A stretch of 64,000 nucleotides of DNA, from NCBI GenBank assembly GCA_964513735.1, contig CAZENU010000002.1:24173-88172 (forward strand). The letters run 5' to 3'. Positions 1 through 8,764 of this stretch are shown piece by piece. This stretch comes from an uncultured Dehalococcoidia bacterium. GTDB taxonomy: Bacteria; Chloroflexota; Dehalococcoidia; Lucifugimonadales; CAZENU01. Position 1 is the stretch's first letter. Each line of letters starts with the position of its first letter. Position numbers and translations under genes: made by a program. Under the pieces are notes generated by a model. The model had not been told where the DNA came from, did no database searches, and saw only the letters and a program-made list of their open reading frames with translations.

Positions 1-5
1 AGGGC

Positions 6-1100
6 ATGGCCAACGATTTCGTACTTTGGGGGCCGCCGGTCGTTCCGAGCGTGCCGGGCGAACCGCGTTACGAGAGGGACGTGCGACGGTGGGTAGGCCG
101 TTGTCAGGGCGTGGGCGTGACGAAGATGATCACCGGGGCCGCCGACCCGGTCCTGGTCGATGCGGCGCACGAAAAAGGCATCGACATCTCGCCGTACGTG
201 GACTACACGGCCTTCCCGAGCTATGGCTCCAGACCGGCGACCTACGGCTGGTCGCTGGCGTACCTCAGGCCGCCCGTGGAGTCGCCTGAGGCCCGTGAGA
301 TAGCGGACCGCCACCGTCCGGTGTGGGACGGCCCGACGGTCGGAGAAGAGACCCTGGACGACTTCGCGCGGGAGCACCCGGAACTCTGGAGCCTTACCCG
401 GGACGGCAAACGCGAGCTGCGACCCGGCGAGCGGCGCTATCTGAGCCTCGCGTTCCCCGAGGTTAGAGCGGATAAGACCGCCAGGTTCATCGCGGCCCTG
501 GAGTGCTCCGGCGGCGCGGACGGCATACAGGTCGAGTTCGTGCTGGGCGACGAGGACGAGCACGGCGTCACGCCCTACGGCTACGAGGAGGCGGTGGCCG
601 GACCGTTCCGAGAGCAGACCGGCCGCGACCCCTTCGACATAGCCAACGGCGACCTTGAGTGGTTGCGGTTCCGGGCCGGCTACGTCACCCTGTTCCTGAA
701 GGAGCTCAGGCAGGCGGTCGCTACGCGGTTTCCGGGGACCCGGCTCACTACGACCATGATCGCCGGTGACCCCGACAACTACATCAAGGTGCTGCAGGAC
801 TGGCCTTCATGGCTAGACGACGGCACCGTCGACGAGCTGTACGTCTGGTGGCGCACCGACTCAGACCTGGGGCGGCTGGAGCGCCAGGCCCGTCACGTGG
901 CCGACGTGGTCGCGGGCCGGTGCCCGTTCATCGCGGAGCTATCGTGCTACCACCCGGGCAGCTTCCAGGACCCCGAGCTGATGGTGGAGGGAGCCCGCGT
1001 CGCCAGGGCAAACGGCGCCGACGCCGTGGGCGTCTACCGCAGCCACGCGGTGGAGCAGCTCGGCCTCTGGTCCGCCCTGGAGCAGATGGCGAAACAGTAG
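6..1100 (+). CDS. hypothetical protein, possibly glycoside-hydrolase-like TIM barrel (GHL10-like)
   Basis: A 364-aa ORF fills the interval. Family resemblance is weak (segment PEVRADKTARFIAALECSGGADGIQVEF). The frame is open to the window edge, so the 5' end may be truncated. Confidence 0.45.
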   Translation: MANDFVLWGPPVVPSVPGEPRYERDVRRWVGRCQGVGVTKMITGAADPVLVDAAHEKGIDISPYVDYTAFPSYGSRPATYGWSLAYLRPPVESPEAREIADRHRPVWDGPTVGEETLDDFAREHPELWSLTRDGKRELRPGERRYLSLAFPEVRADKTARFIAALECSGGADGIQVEFVLGDEDEHGVTPYGYEEAVAGPFREQTGRDPFDIANGDLEWLRFRAGYVTLFLKELRQAVATRFPGTRLTTTMIAGDPDNYIKVLQDWPSWLDDGTVDELYVWWRTDSDLGRLERQARHVADVVAGRCPFIAELSCYHPGSFQDPELMVEGARVARANGADAVGVYRSHAVEQLGLWSALEQMAKQ

Positions 1101-1102
1101 GG

Positions 1103-1405
1103 TCACCTACACATTACGTCCAGGTCGACCGTGTCGTACTCGTGGATTCGCCGGTTGCGCATCCCGATGATCCGAGGCCAGTCGATCCCCTGGTGCTTGC
1201 GCTGCTCGTCCGGCGGCATCCTGCCCGCTGCTTCTCCGACTATCTCCATGAGGTGGGTCAACGCCAGGTTGAGGAGGCGATCGTCTTCAAGGTCGCTGCG
1301 GCCCCAGTCCTGGACCAAAGAGATGGCCTCCCCGGCATGGTCCAGCATAGGTCCCAGCGTGACGGAGTAGTCACGTCTCGTTATAGAGGTACTTACTGAT
1401 TCCAC
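1103..1405 (-). CDS. hepT: HepT-like (DUF86) RNase toxin of a HepT/MntA toxin-antitoxin pair
   Basis: 100 aa. The Rx4HxY motif is present as RNRRIHEY. It starts at a GTG and overlaps the upstream nucleotidyltransferase gene by 35 nt. Confidence 0.8.
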   Translation of the reverse strand: MESVSTSITRRDYSVTLGPMLDHAGEAISLVQDWGRSDLEDDRLLNLALTHLMEIVGEAAGRMPPDEQRKHQGIDWPRIIGMRNRRIHEYDTVDLDVMCR

Positions 1406-1631
1406 CCCGCGTGTGCATATCTACTTTGCGACCGGCGGCGAGCTCGGACAGCTCGATCTCGCCGCCAGCAAGTGTCATGAGGCAAGGAATGTCCTTTAGG
1501 CGAAACTCGACCAGAACGTCTACGTCGCTATCCGGACCGAAGTCGTCCTGCAGAATTGAGCCGAAAAGCGACATGTCACGGATGTGAGGGCGGCGGCAGA
1601 CGTCCACCAGCGGCTCATTGGTGACCTTCAA
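1371..1631 (-). CDS. mntA: MntA-like minimal nucleotidyltransferase antitoxin
   Basis: 86 aa. The GSx10DxD motif is present (GSILQDDFGPDSDVD). It lies immediately upstream of hepT on the same strand. Confidence 0.8.
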   Translation of the reverse strand: MKVTNEPLVDVCRRPHIRDMSLFGSILQDDFGPDSDVDVLVEFRLKDIPCLMTLAGGEIELSELAAGRKVDMHTRGGISKYLYNET

Positions 1632-1676
1632 TTCTGCTTAGCCGTACTCGGCACGTTGGGGTTCATGCCGCCTGTG

Positions 1677-2354
1677 TCACACGCGGGATTGCGCGGTAGC
1701 GCGGATGGTGGCGATGGCCTCGGCGACGGTCGAGTCTGCGGCGTAGACCGCCGAGCCCGCCACCAGCACACGGGCGCCGGCCTCCGTCACGAGGCGGGCG
1801 TTGGCTGGCTTGATGCCGCCATCCACCTGCAGCTCGGCATCGAGTCGGCGCTGGTCGAGGGTCGCTCGCAGCCGGCGGATCTTGTCCACCATCGTCTCGA
1901 TGAAAGGCTGGCCGCCGAACCCCGGGTTGACCGTCATGACCAGCGCCAGGTCCAGGTCCGGCAGCACCTCCTCGACGGCTGACACCGGAGTGGCCGGATT
2001 GATGGCCACTCCAGGCCTGGCTCCGGCCTGCCTGATCTGGCCCACCACGCGGTGCAGGTGCACGCACGCCTCGGCGTGGACGGTGATGACGTCCGCGCCG
2101 GCGTCGGCGATCTCGTCAACGTACCGCTCCGGAGCTTGGACCATCATGTGGACGTCCAAAGGCGTCTTGGTCCAGCGGCGGATCGCCCGCACCACCTCGG
2201 GGCCGAAGGTCAGGCTGGGGACGAAGTGGCCGTCCATCACGTCGACGTGGATGTAGTCGGCGCCGCCCTCCGATGCCTCTGCCACCTGCTCGCCCAGACG
2301 GCTGAAGTCTGCCGACAGGATAGACGGCGCGATCTTGATAACCCTATCGGCCAC
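1677..2354 (-). CDS. rpe: ribulose-phosphate 3-epimerase
   Basis: Motifs IAPSILSADFSRLGEQV and HVDVMDGHFVP are present. The long ORF N-terminus is Arg/Pro-rich junk. An in-frame GTG at 2354 gives 225 aa and overlaps the argH stop by 11 nt. Confidence 0.9.
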   Translation of the reverse strand: MADRVIKIAPSILSADFSRLGEQVAEASEGGADYIHVDVMDGHFVPSLTFGPEVVRAIRRWTKTPLDVHMMVQAPERYVDEIADAGADVITVHAEACVHLHRVVGQIRQAGARPGVAINPATPVSAVEEVLPDLDLALVMTVNPGFGGQPFIETMVDKIRRLRATLDQRRLDAELQVDGGIKPANARLVTEAGARVLVAGSAVYAADSTVAEAIATIRATAQSRV

Positions 2355-3693
2355 CTTCAGCCTCCAGCTCCGCCCTCGCTCCGGCCAGCGCCTGCCGTAC
2401 CTGGCCGGGGCCCGTACCGCCGGGAACGTCCCTGGCGGTGATGGACGAGTCGACGGTAATCGACAGCACGTCCTCTTCGAACAGCGACGAAAACTCCTTG
2501 TACGCGTCCAATGACAGCTCGTCGAGCCCTTTGCCCTCGTCGTACGCGCGGGCCGAGACGCGAGCGGCCAACCCGTGTGCCTCCCGGAAGGGCATTCCCC
2601 GGGCAACCAGGTAGTCGGCGACGTCGGTGGCCAGGATGTACCCGGCCTCGGCGGCCCGGCGCAGATTGGCCTTTCGCAGCTCCAGCGACAAGACCATCCC
2701 GGCCATCGCGCTCAGGGTCGGCACGAGGGTGTCGACCGTGTCGAACAGCGGCTCCTTATCCTCCTGAAGATCGCGGTTGTAGGTCATCGGCAGACCCTTG
2801 AGCACGGTCAGTGTCGCGACCAGGTTGCCGAACACCCTTCCGGTCTTGCCCCTGGCCAGCTCGGCGAAGTCGGGATTTCGCTTCTGCGGCATGATGCTGC
2901 TGCCGGTGGTGTAGTCGTCGCTGAGCCGGATAAACCCGAACTCGTCGGACGACCAGACCACGATCTCCTCGGCCATGCGGGATAGGTGGGTGGCGCATAT
3001 TGCAGACGCGGCGTGGAAGTCCAGCAGGAAGTCGCGGTCCGAGACCGCATCCATGCTGTTGGCCGATACGGCGGCGAAGCCCAACTCCCCCGCCAGGAAG
3101 TCGCGGTCGACGGGGTACGGGACCCCCGCCAGCGCCCCGCTGCCCAGCGGCAGCACATCGGCCCGCCCTCTGGCCTGACGGAAGCGCTCGCCGTCCCTGC
3201 CGAGCATCTCGAAGTAGGCCAGCATGTGGTGGGCGAAGAGCACGGGCTGTGCCCGCTGAAGATGCGTGTATCCCGGCATTATGACGCCGGAGTTGGCCTC
3301 TGCCAGGTCGACCAAGGCCAGGCGCAGCCCGCGTATCACTGACAGGACGTCGCCGATGGCGTCCTTCACGTAGAGGCGCATGTCGACCGCGACCTGGTCG
3401 TTGCGCGAGCGAGCGGTATGCAGCTTGCCGGCGACGTCGCCGATGGTCTCGAACAGCCGGCGCTCGACGTTCATGTGAATGTCTTCGAGCTCGGCACGCC
3501 AGGGGAATTCGCCGCCTTCGATCTCTTGGCGGACGGCCGTTAGACCATCGACGATGACCGAGGCCTCATCGTCAGCGATGATACCTTGCCGCCCTAGCAT
3601 CCGGGCGTGCGCTATCGAGGCCGCGATGTCCTGGCGATACAGCCGGCGGTCGTAGTGGACGGATACAGTGTAGTCAGAGGTGGCGTTGTCCAT
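2344..3693 (-). CDS. argH: argininosuccinate lyase
   Basis: 449 aa of the fumarate-lyase family, with GYTHLQRAQP and the GSSIMPQKRNPD signature loop. An in-frame TGA four codons upstream of the ATG fixes the start. Confidence 0.95.
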   Translation of the reverse strand: MDNATSDYTVSVHYDRRLYRQDIAASIAHARMLGRQGIIADDEASVIVDGLTAVRQEIEGGEFPWRAELEDIHMNVERRLFETIGDVAGKLHTARSRNDQVAVDMRLYVKDAIGDVLSVIRGLRLALVDLAEANSGVIMPGYTHLQRAQPVLFAHHMLAYFEMLGRDGERFRQARGRADVLPLGSGALAGVPYPVDRDFLAGELGFAAVSANSMDAVSDRDFLLDFHAASAICATHLSRMAEEIVVWSSDEFGFIRLSDDYTTGSSIMPQKRNPDFAELARGKTGRVFGNLVATLTVLKGLPMTYNRDLQEDKEPLFDTVDTLVPTLSAMAGMVLSLELRKANLRRAAEAGYILATDVADYLVARGMPFREAHGLAARVSARAYDEGKGLDELSLDAYKEFSSLFEEDVLSITVDSSITARDVPGGTGPGQVRQALAGARAELEAEGGR

Positions 3694-3792
3694 GAGCTCG
3701 ACTCAGACGCGGCGGTCAGGGTCGTGGCTGCTATCCAGAGTGAGCAGCCATGATAGCTGATTTCGCGACAGCCCGGCATTCCAGAATCAGAA

Positions 3793-4197
3793 TCAAGGGA
3801 AATCGGGGTGGTGCCTGAACCCAGCCTCCTCCGGGTCGAGCTCGGTGAGCACCGCGGGGTTTGTTCGTATCGACGTATCGGGAAAGGGCGCGGCTTCTCG
3901 TAGCATATCGATGAACCGGCCCGTCCTCACCTCCTCGATAATGCGCTCGGCTTCCTGCCTGGCGCCGTCGTACCAGGCCTGCCCGAATAGGCCATCGTCG
4001 TAGGCGCTCTGGAAGTCCTGGACGTCCGAGTGCAGGCCGGTGGTATAGATGGCGTCGACGTAGTGCGGCGGCGTCATGTCGCAATTGAAGGCGAACGGGA
4101 ATTCGTCTCCTGGGTAAGGGGTTGAGCTCAGGTCATCGACGTCGAAAGTGACGAAGGCACTGAGCCATCGGTCGAGAAAGCCAGTAGTAGCGACCAT
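3793..4197 (-). CDS. hypothetical protein; possibly the 3' part of a frameshifted SMI1/KNR4(SUKH)-like gene
   Basis: 134-aa ORF. The overlapping upstream ORF 4133..4390 in another frame looks like the matching N-terminal part (see findings). Confidence 0.45.
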   Translation of the reverse strand: MVATTGFLDRWLSAFVTFDVDDLSSTPYPGDEFPFAFNCDMTPPHYVDAIYTTGLHSDVQDFQSAYDDGLFGQAWYDGARQEAERIIEEVRTGRFIDMLREAAPFPDTSIRTNPAVLTELDPEEAGFRHHPDFP

Positions 4198-4423
4198 AGG
4201 CCCTCCAGCCCCGCCATTCGGCGAGCGCTTCGATGACTATCGCGTCGCGACCCCCTTGTTGGGGCATCGTTGGGTACTCCCACAGGCTTACGTGCCGGTC
4301 CGGCCATCCCTGCGACGGGAGGAATAGCTGGTAGAGCGTAGGAGTCCAGAGACCGGAGGACATAGGCGGCCTTCTGCTTTCTCGGCGCATTCCCGTAGTG
4401 CGCTCGCTTGGTTGCTGGCGACA

Positions 4424-4894
4424 CTACATCTGTCGCTTCGGGACCAGGAACCGCCGCCTGAGCGTGAGCACTTTCTTGCCGTCCTGGTTCGAGGCGCGGC
4501 TCTCCATGTAGACCACGCCGCGGTCGGGCCGGCTGCGGGACTCCCGGACCTCCAGCACCTCGCTCTCGGCGTATATCGTGTCGCCCTGGCAGACCGGCGC
4601 GTCGTGGGTGATCCGCTCGTACTCCAGGTTGGCGACGGCCTTGCCCGAGGTGTCGCCGACGCTCATCCCCACCACCAGGCTGAGCACGTACGTCCCGACC
4701 ACCAGGACGCGGCCGTGCTGGTGGTCCTTCATGTAGTTCTCGTCGATGTGCAGCGGGTTGTGGTTCATCGTCAAAAGCGAAAAGAGGTGGTTGTCGGCTT
4801 CGGTTATAGTCTTGCCCGGCCAGTGCTTGAAGACATCGCCGACGGCGAAGTCCTCAAGGTACCTTCCGAAGTTTTCATTACCGTCGTGAATCAT
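4424..4894 (-). CDS. MaoC-family (R)-specific enoyl-CoA hydratase/dehydratase
   Basis: 156 aa with a hot-dog-fold pattern: FSLLTMNHNPLHIDENYMK ... GDTIYAESEVLEVRES. Confidence 0.85.
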   Translation of the reverse strand: MIHDGNENFGRYLEDFAVGDVFKHWPGKTITEADNHLFSLLTMNHNPLHIDENYMKDHQHGRVLVVGTYVLSLVVGMSVGDTSGKAVANLEYERITHDAPVCQGDTIYAESEVLEVRESRSRPDRGVVYMESRASNQDGKKVLTLRRRFLVPKRQM

Positions 4895-4912
4895 GCTCGG
4901 CCCTATTCTACG

Positions 4913-5511
4913 CTAGCCGGCCGGGACAGCTTCGTGGACGTGCAGCCGGAGCCAGTCCTCGAACTCGCCTAACGTGGCGACGCCGTGGTTGGCCACCGCA
5001 TCGTAGACATGGCCGTTGTAGGCTCCTTTACGGTACTGCCCCCACCCGCATACGGCGTCCTTGACTCGCAGGACCGCCATCCGGTCCGCGCCTGCCAGAG
5101 TCTGCCGGAGCTTCTCGAAGGCGCCCTTTTTCTCGGCGTATTCTCTCTCACCGTACCCCACAGGTCGACCTTCCACGTCTGACCTCGGTGCAGGAGCCGG
5201 ATACCCCGGTACAGCCCACTTGGGAAGTCCTGGTCCGTCCGGATGAACATGTTGGCGTAGGACATCATGGTCGCCTCAAACCGATTGGCGGTCGCGACAC
5301 CGATCCGGAAGAAGGTCGCGACGTCTCTCTCATCCGGTAACTGAATGTCGATGTCGCGCCAGGTCATCAGGTCGAGGGCGTACGAACCGATCACCTCAGT
5401 CAGGCCATAGCTCGCGATGCCGGACAGCAACCCGTACTGGTCCAGCAGCTCACCGGCCTCGCCGCGCAGGCCGGCGGCCTGGTCGAGGAACTCCTTGTCG
5501 GTCTCGACCAT
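4913..5511 (-). pseudogene. nucleotidyltransferase-domain protein interrupted by a 1-nt frameshift
   Basis: ORF 4969..5511 is protein-like until ...GQTWKVDLWG and then turns Arg/Pro-rich. ORF 4913..5176 in another frame continues sensibly (GYGEREYAEKKGAFEKLRQTL...). The switch lies at a G4 run (plus strand CCCC 5156-5159). Confidence 0.6.
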
Positions 5512-5522
5512 GCGTCGGCTCT

Positions 5523-6785
5523 TTAGCGGTCGAAGCGGGGGAACTGTCGTTCGCCCACGTTCTTGGCGGAGATGCCGAGGACCTTCAGGAAGCCCTCGGC
5601 GTCGGCGTGGCCGTAGGTCCCCATCGCCTCCATGGACGAGTCGTCGGTATAGAGCGAGTGGGGCATCGCCTCCGGAGTGTCCTCGGCGGTCTCAAAGTAG
5701 ACGTCCCCACGGTGCAGGCGTACGGCGATGGTGCCTGTGACCAGCCTGTTTATGGGCTCCACGGCGGCCAGCGCGGCCGTCGTCGCCAGGTCGAGCCAGT
5801 AGCCCTGGTATATCTGCAGGCTGATGACGGCCGATAGCTGGTCGAAGAGCTGCCGCGCTCGGCGGTCGAGGATGAACTGGAGCAGATATTCGTGGGTGCG
5901 CCCCAGGAGCTCCATGCCGGGGGACTCGTAGATGCCCCGTGACTTGACCCCGACGAACCGGTTCTCCACGACGTGTGTGCCTATGCCGACGCCATGCACG
6001 CCGGCTATGCGGTTTGCCTGGGCGAAGATGTCCAGCAGGCCCATCTCTTTGCCGTCCAGGGCCACCGGCACGCCCTCCTCCCAGCGAATGCTGACCACCT
6101 CGTGCCGCGACGGCGCGTCCCAGGGCCACACGCCCATGCCGGGCTCGACGAACCAAGGCGACTTGCCCACGTCCTCTAGATCGCCCGCCTCGTGGGTCAG
6201 GCCCAGGAAGCTGGCGTCGGTCGAGTAGCGCGCCTCGCTCGCCGGCTTGATCGGCAGGTCGTTGGCCTGGCAGTAGTCCAGCATCTGCTGCCGCCCCGGG
6301 AACTGCTCCACGAACTCCGGGTCGCGCCATGGAGCATAGACATCCAGGCTGGGCGCCAGCGTGTTGGCCGCAAGCTGGAAGCGGACTTGGTCGTTGCCCC
6401 GGCCCGTGGCGCCATGGAAGAAGACTCCGATGTCTTGGTCCTCGAGGCGGGGCAGGATGGCGCGCACCGTCACCGGGCGGGCGATGCCCGTCGTGTTCCA
6501 GTAGCCGCCTTCGTACCGAGCCTGTGACTGGATGACCTGCAGGCCGACTGCGGCCAGCGCTTCGCGGCCGTCGACGATCTCCGACACCGTTGCGCCGCAG
6601 GCCACCATGCGCCGCTTGACGGGCTCCAGGCTCTTCTCGTCGGGTTGGCCCAGGTCAACTGTGTAGCCGCGGACGTCAAAGCCCTTGCTGCTCAACCAGT
6701 GTGCCGCCGTGCAGCTATCCAGGCCGCCGGAGACGGCACCTCCCAGCACCGTCTGGCCGTTATCTTTCAGCTCCCGCCAGTTCAC
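5523..6785 (-). CDS. argG: argininosuccinate synthase
   Basis: ATP-PPase motif AVSGGLDSCT plus ArgG-like remainder. The ORF N-terminus overlaps vapC and is implausible. A GTG at 6785 has an AGGGAG Shine-Dalgarno 5 nt upstream, giving 420 aa. Confidence 0.9.
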   Translation of the reverse strand: MNWRELKDNGQTVLGGAVSGGLDSCTAAHWLSSKGFDVRGYTVDLGQPDEKSLEPVKRRMVACGATVSEIVDGREALAAVGLQVIQSQARYEGGYWNTTGIARPVTVRAILPRLEDQDIGVFFHGATGRGNDQVRFQLAANTLAPSLDVYAPWRDPEFVEQFPGRQQMLDYCQANDLPIKPASEARYSTDASFLGLTHEAGDLEDVGKSPWFVEPGMGVWPWDAPSRHEVVSIRWEEGVPVALDGKEMGLLDIFAQANRIAGVHGVGIGTHVVENRFVGVKSRGIYESPGMELLGRTHEYLLQFILDRRARQLFDQLSAVISLQIYQGYWLDLATTAALAAVEPINRLVTGTIAVRLHRGDVYFETAEDTPEAMPHSLYTDDSSMEAMGTYGHADAEGFLKVLGISAKNVGERQFPRFDR

Positions 6786-7186
6786 TTCTTCTCCCTGAGG
6801 ACTGTCAGGCTCTCTGATGGGAACCGCCCGTCGAACGAGTAGATGACGCCGCTCCCAGACGAACGAGCCGCCGCCCATATCAACGCGTCCCCGAAAGAGA
6901 CACGTCCCGAGGGCCGACACATGAGCAACGCGTGGATAACTACGTCCTTTCTGAGGCCGAAGAGCGAGATATTCGCCTTGCGAACAAAGCTTACAAGATG
7001 GTCGACTATTGCGTCTCGCGGGAAGTGGTAAACGGAAGCCAGGACAAACGCCGTCTCAGCCAATGCTACGTCAGTAACTTGAAGGTCCTCCTCCTGATCG
7101 ATTATTCCAGCGGCCTGCTCCGCGCCTTCAGTAGGGACACCTGTCAGGTAGCGTACCATCACACTGGTGCCGACGAACCGGCTCAC
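6782..7186 (-). CDS. vapC: PIN-domain VapC-like toxin
   Basis: 134 aa with a PIN layout: ...ALAETAFVL..., FGDALIWAAA, SFDGRF. The start is GTG within a GTGA overlap with the vapB stop. The first conserved Asp position reads Gly (FVGTSVMV). Confidence 0.75.
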   Translation of the reverse strand: MSRFVGTSVMVRYLTGVPTEGAEQAAGIIDQEEDLQVTDVALAETAFVLASVYHFPRDAIVDHLVSFVRKANISLFGLRKDVVIHALLMCRPSGRVSFGDALIWAAARSSGSGVIYSFDGRFPSESLTVLREKK

Positions 7187-7464
7187 GGCTGCCGCTCTCG
7201 GACCCCCACCTTTTCCTCAGCCGCGATTGTCCAGGCCCTCTCCTTGACCTCGTGCCAGTCTTCGTCCGAAGGGACTTCCCCTCCCTTGATGTACTTCTTC
7301 AAGCCCCCCATCAATGATCGATTGTGCTCCGGCGGCACAAAATAGAGCTCCACGTGGTCATCTACGAGCCTCTGGATTGCCATCCAGCCCGGCTTTATGC
7401 CCAGGCGGTCTCGGATCTCTTTTTCGACGACGACTTGCCCCTTCGTTCCTACTTTGGCGGCCAC
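7183..7464 (-). CDS. vapB: AbrB/MazE/SpoVT-type antitoxin (VapB-like)
   Basis: 93 aa with a SpoVT-AbrB swapped-hairpin motif (KGQVVVEKEIRDRLGIKPG). GTG start with GAGG 8 nt upstream. Confidence 0.8.
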   Translation of the reverse strand: MAAKVGTKGQVVVEKEIRDRLGIKPGWMAIQRLVDDHVELYFVPPEHNRSLMGGLKKYIKGGEVPSDEDWHEVKERAWTIAAEEKVGVRERQP

Positions 7465-7494
7465 AGTATGACCTCAATGCGTCGTGTATGACAC

Positions 7495-7524
7495 AGAATA
7501 AGATACCGTACCCGAGAGGGTCAA
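7495..7524 (-). promoter_or_regulatory. candidate sigma70-type promoter for vapBC (TTGACC-18-TATTCT)
   Basis: The minus strand reads ttgacc ctctcgggtacggtatct tattct. It lies in the AT-richer 93-nt gap between argD and vapB. Confidence 0.3.
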
Positions 7525-7557
7525 AACAAGCTCAGCGCTGCGTCACCGGGTGCGGTG

Positions 7558-8763
7558 CTAGGCGTTGGCCGCGGCGACGGCTTTGGGAAGCGCCGCCTTG
7601 AGGAGCGCTAGCGCCTCGTCGATCTCGGCCTTGGACACTGTCAGCGGGGGCATGATTCGCACCGCGTTGGGCCGCGTCACGTTCATGAGCAGGCCTGCCT
7701 CGTTGCACGCGTTCAGCACCTGGGGCGCCATCTCGGAGGTGAACTCCAAGGCGATGAGCAGGCCCATGCCGCGCACATCGGCGATGAACTCGGCCTCGGC
7801 CTGGATCTCATTCAGGCCCGCCCGCAGGTACTCGCCCATCTCCAGGGCCCGCGCGGGGACGTCGTTGTCGACGATGAACCGCACCGACGCGTTGGCCGCC
7901 GCGCAGGTCAGCGCGTTGCCGCCGAAGGTCGAGCCGTGCTCTCCCTTGGGCTCGAAAACGGCTGCGGAGTCCTTGGCAAGGAACGCGCCTATGGGGACGC
8001 CGCCTCCAAGAGCCTTGGCCAGCGTCATCACGTCCGGCTCGACGTCGAAGGACTGATAGCCGAACAGGGTGCCCAGCCTGCCCAGGCCGGTCTGCACCTC
8101 GTCCATTATCAGCAGCAGGCCGTTCTCGTCGCACCACTCCCTCACCTGGGCGAAGTAGTCGTTGGAGGGCACGTTGACACCGCCCTCACCCTGGACCGGC
8201 TCGAGCATGACGGCCGCCGTCCAGTCGGTGGTGGCGGCCTTGATGGCGTCGATGCTGTCGTAATCGACCGTCACGAAGCCGGACGGCAGTGGCTGGAACG
8301 GGTCCTCGTCGTGGGGTTTGCCCGTCGCGGCGGTCATCGCCAGCGTGCGGCCGTGGAACGAGTTCCAGGTCGTTATGACCTCGTAGGACCCGTTGCGGTG
8401 CAGCTTGCCGTACTTTCGGGCCAGCTTGACCGCGCCCTCGTTGGCCTCTGCGCCGCTGTTGCAGATGAACACCTTGTCCATGCAGCTATTCTCGACCAGC
8501 GCCTCGGCCAGTTGTAGCTGGGGCACCGTGTAGAACTGGTTCGACGTTTGCAGAAGCGTCCGCGCCTGCTCCGCGATCGCGTCCGCGACGACCGGGTTGG
8601 CGTGACCGATGTTGTTGACGGCCCAGCCCGCGGTGAAGTCGAGGTACTCCTTGTTCTGGTCGTCCCACACTCGCGTCCCTTCGCCTCGGACCAGCACGAT
8701 GGGCTGCCGCCGGACGGCGAACATGTAGTACTTGCTCTCAACCGCTTTCCAGTCGGTCGTCAT
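7558..8763 (-). CDS. argD: acetylornithine aminotransferase (class III PLP aminotransferase)
   Basis: 401 aa with typical ArgD architecture, located inside the arg cluster. Confidence 0.9.
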   Translation of the reverse strand: MTTDWKAVESKYYMFAVRRQPIVLVRGEGTRVWDDQNKEYLDFTAGWAVNNIGHANPVVADAIAEQARTLLQTSNQFYTVPQLQLAEALVENSCMDKVFICNSGAEANEGAVKLARKYGKLHRNGSYEVITTWNSFHGRTLAMTAATGKPHDEDPFQPLPSGFVTVDYDSIDAIKAATTDWTAAVMLEPVQGEGGVNVPSNDYFAQVREWCDENGLLLIMDEVQTGLGRLGTLFGYQSFDVEPDVMTLAKALGGGVPIGAFLAKDSAAVFEPKGEHGSTFGGNALTCAAANASVRFIVDNDVPARALEMGEYLRAGLNEIQAEAEFIADVRGMGLLIALEFTSEMAPQVLNACNEAGLLMNVTRPNAVRIMPPLTVSKAEIDEALALLKAALPKAVAAANA

Positions 8764-8764
8764 G

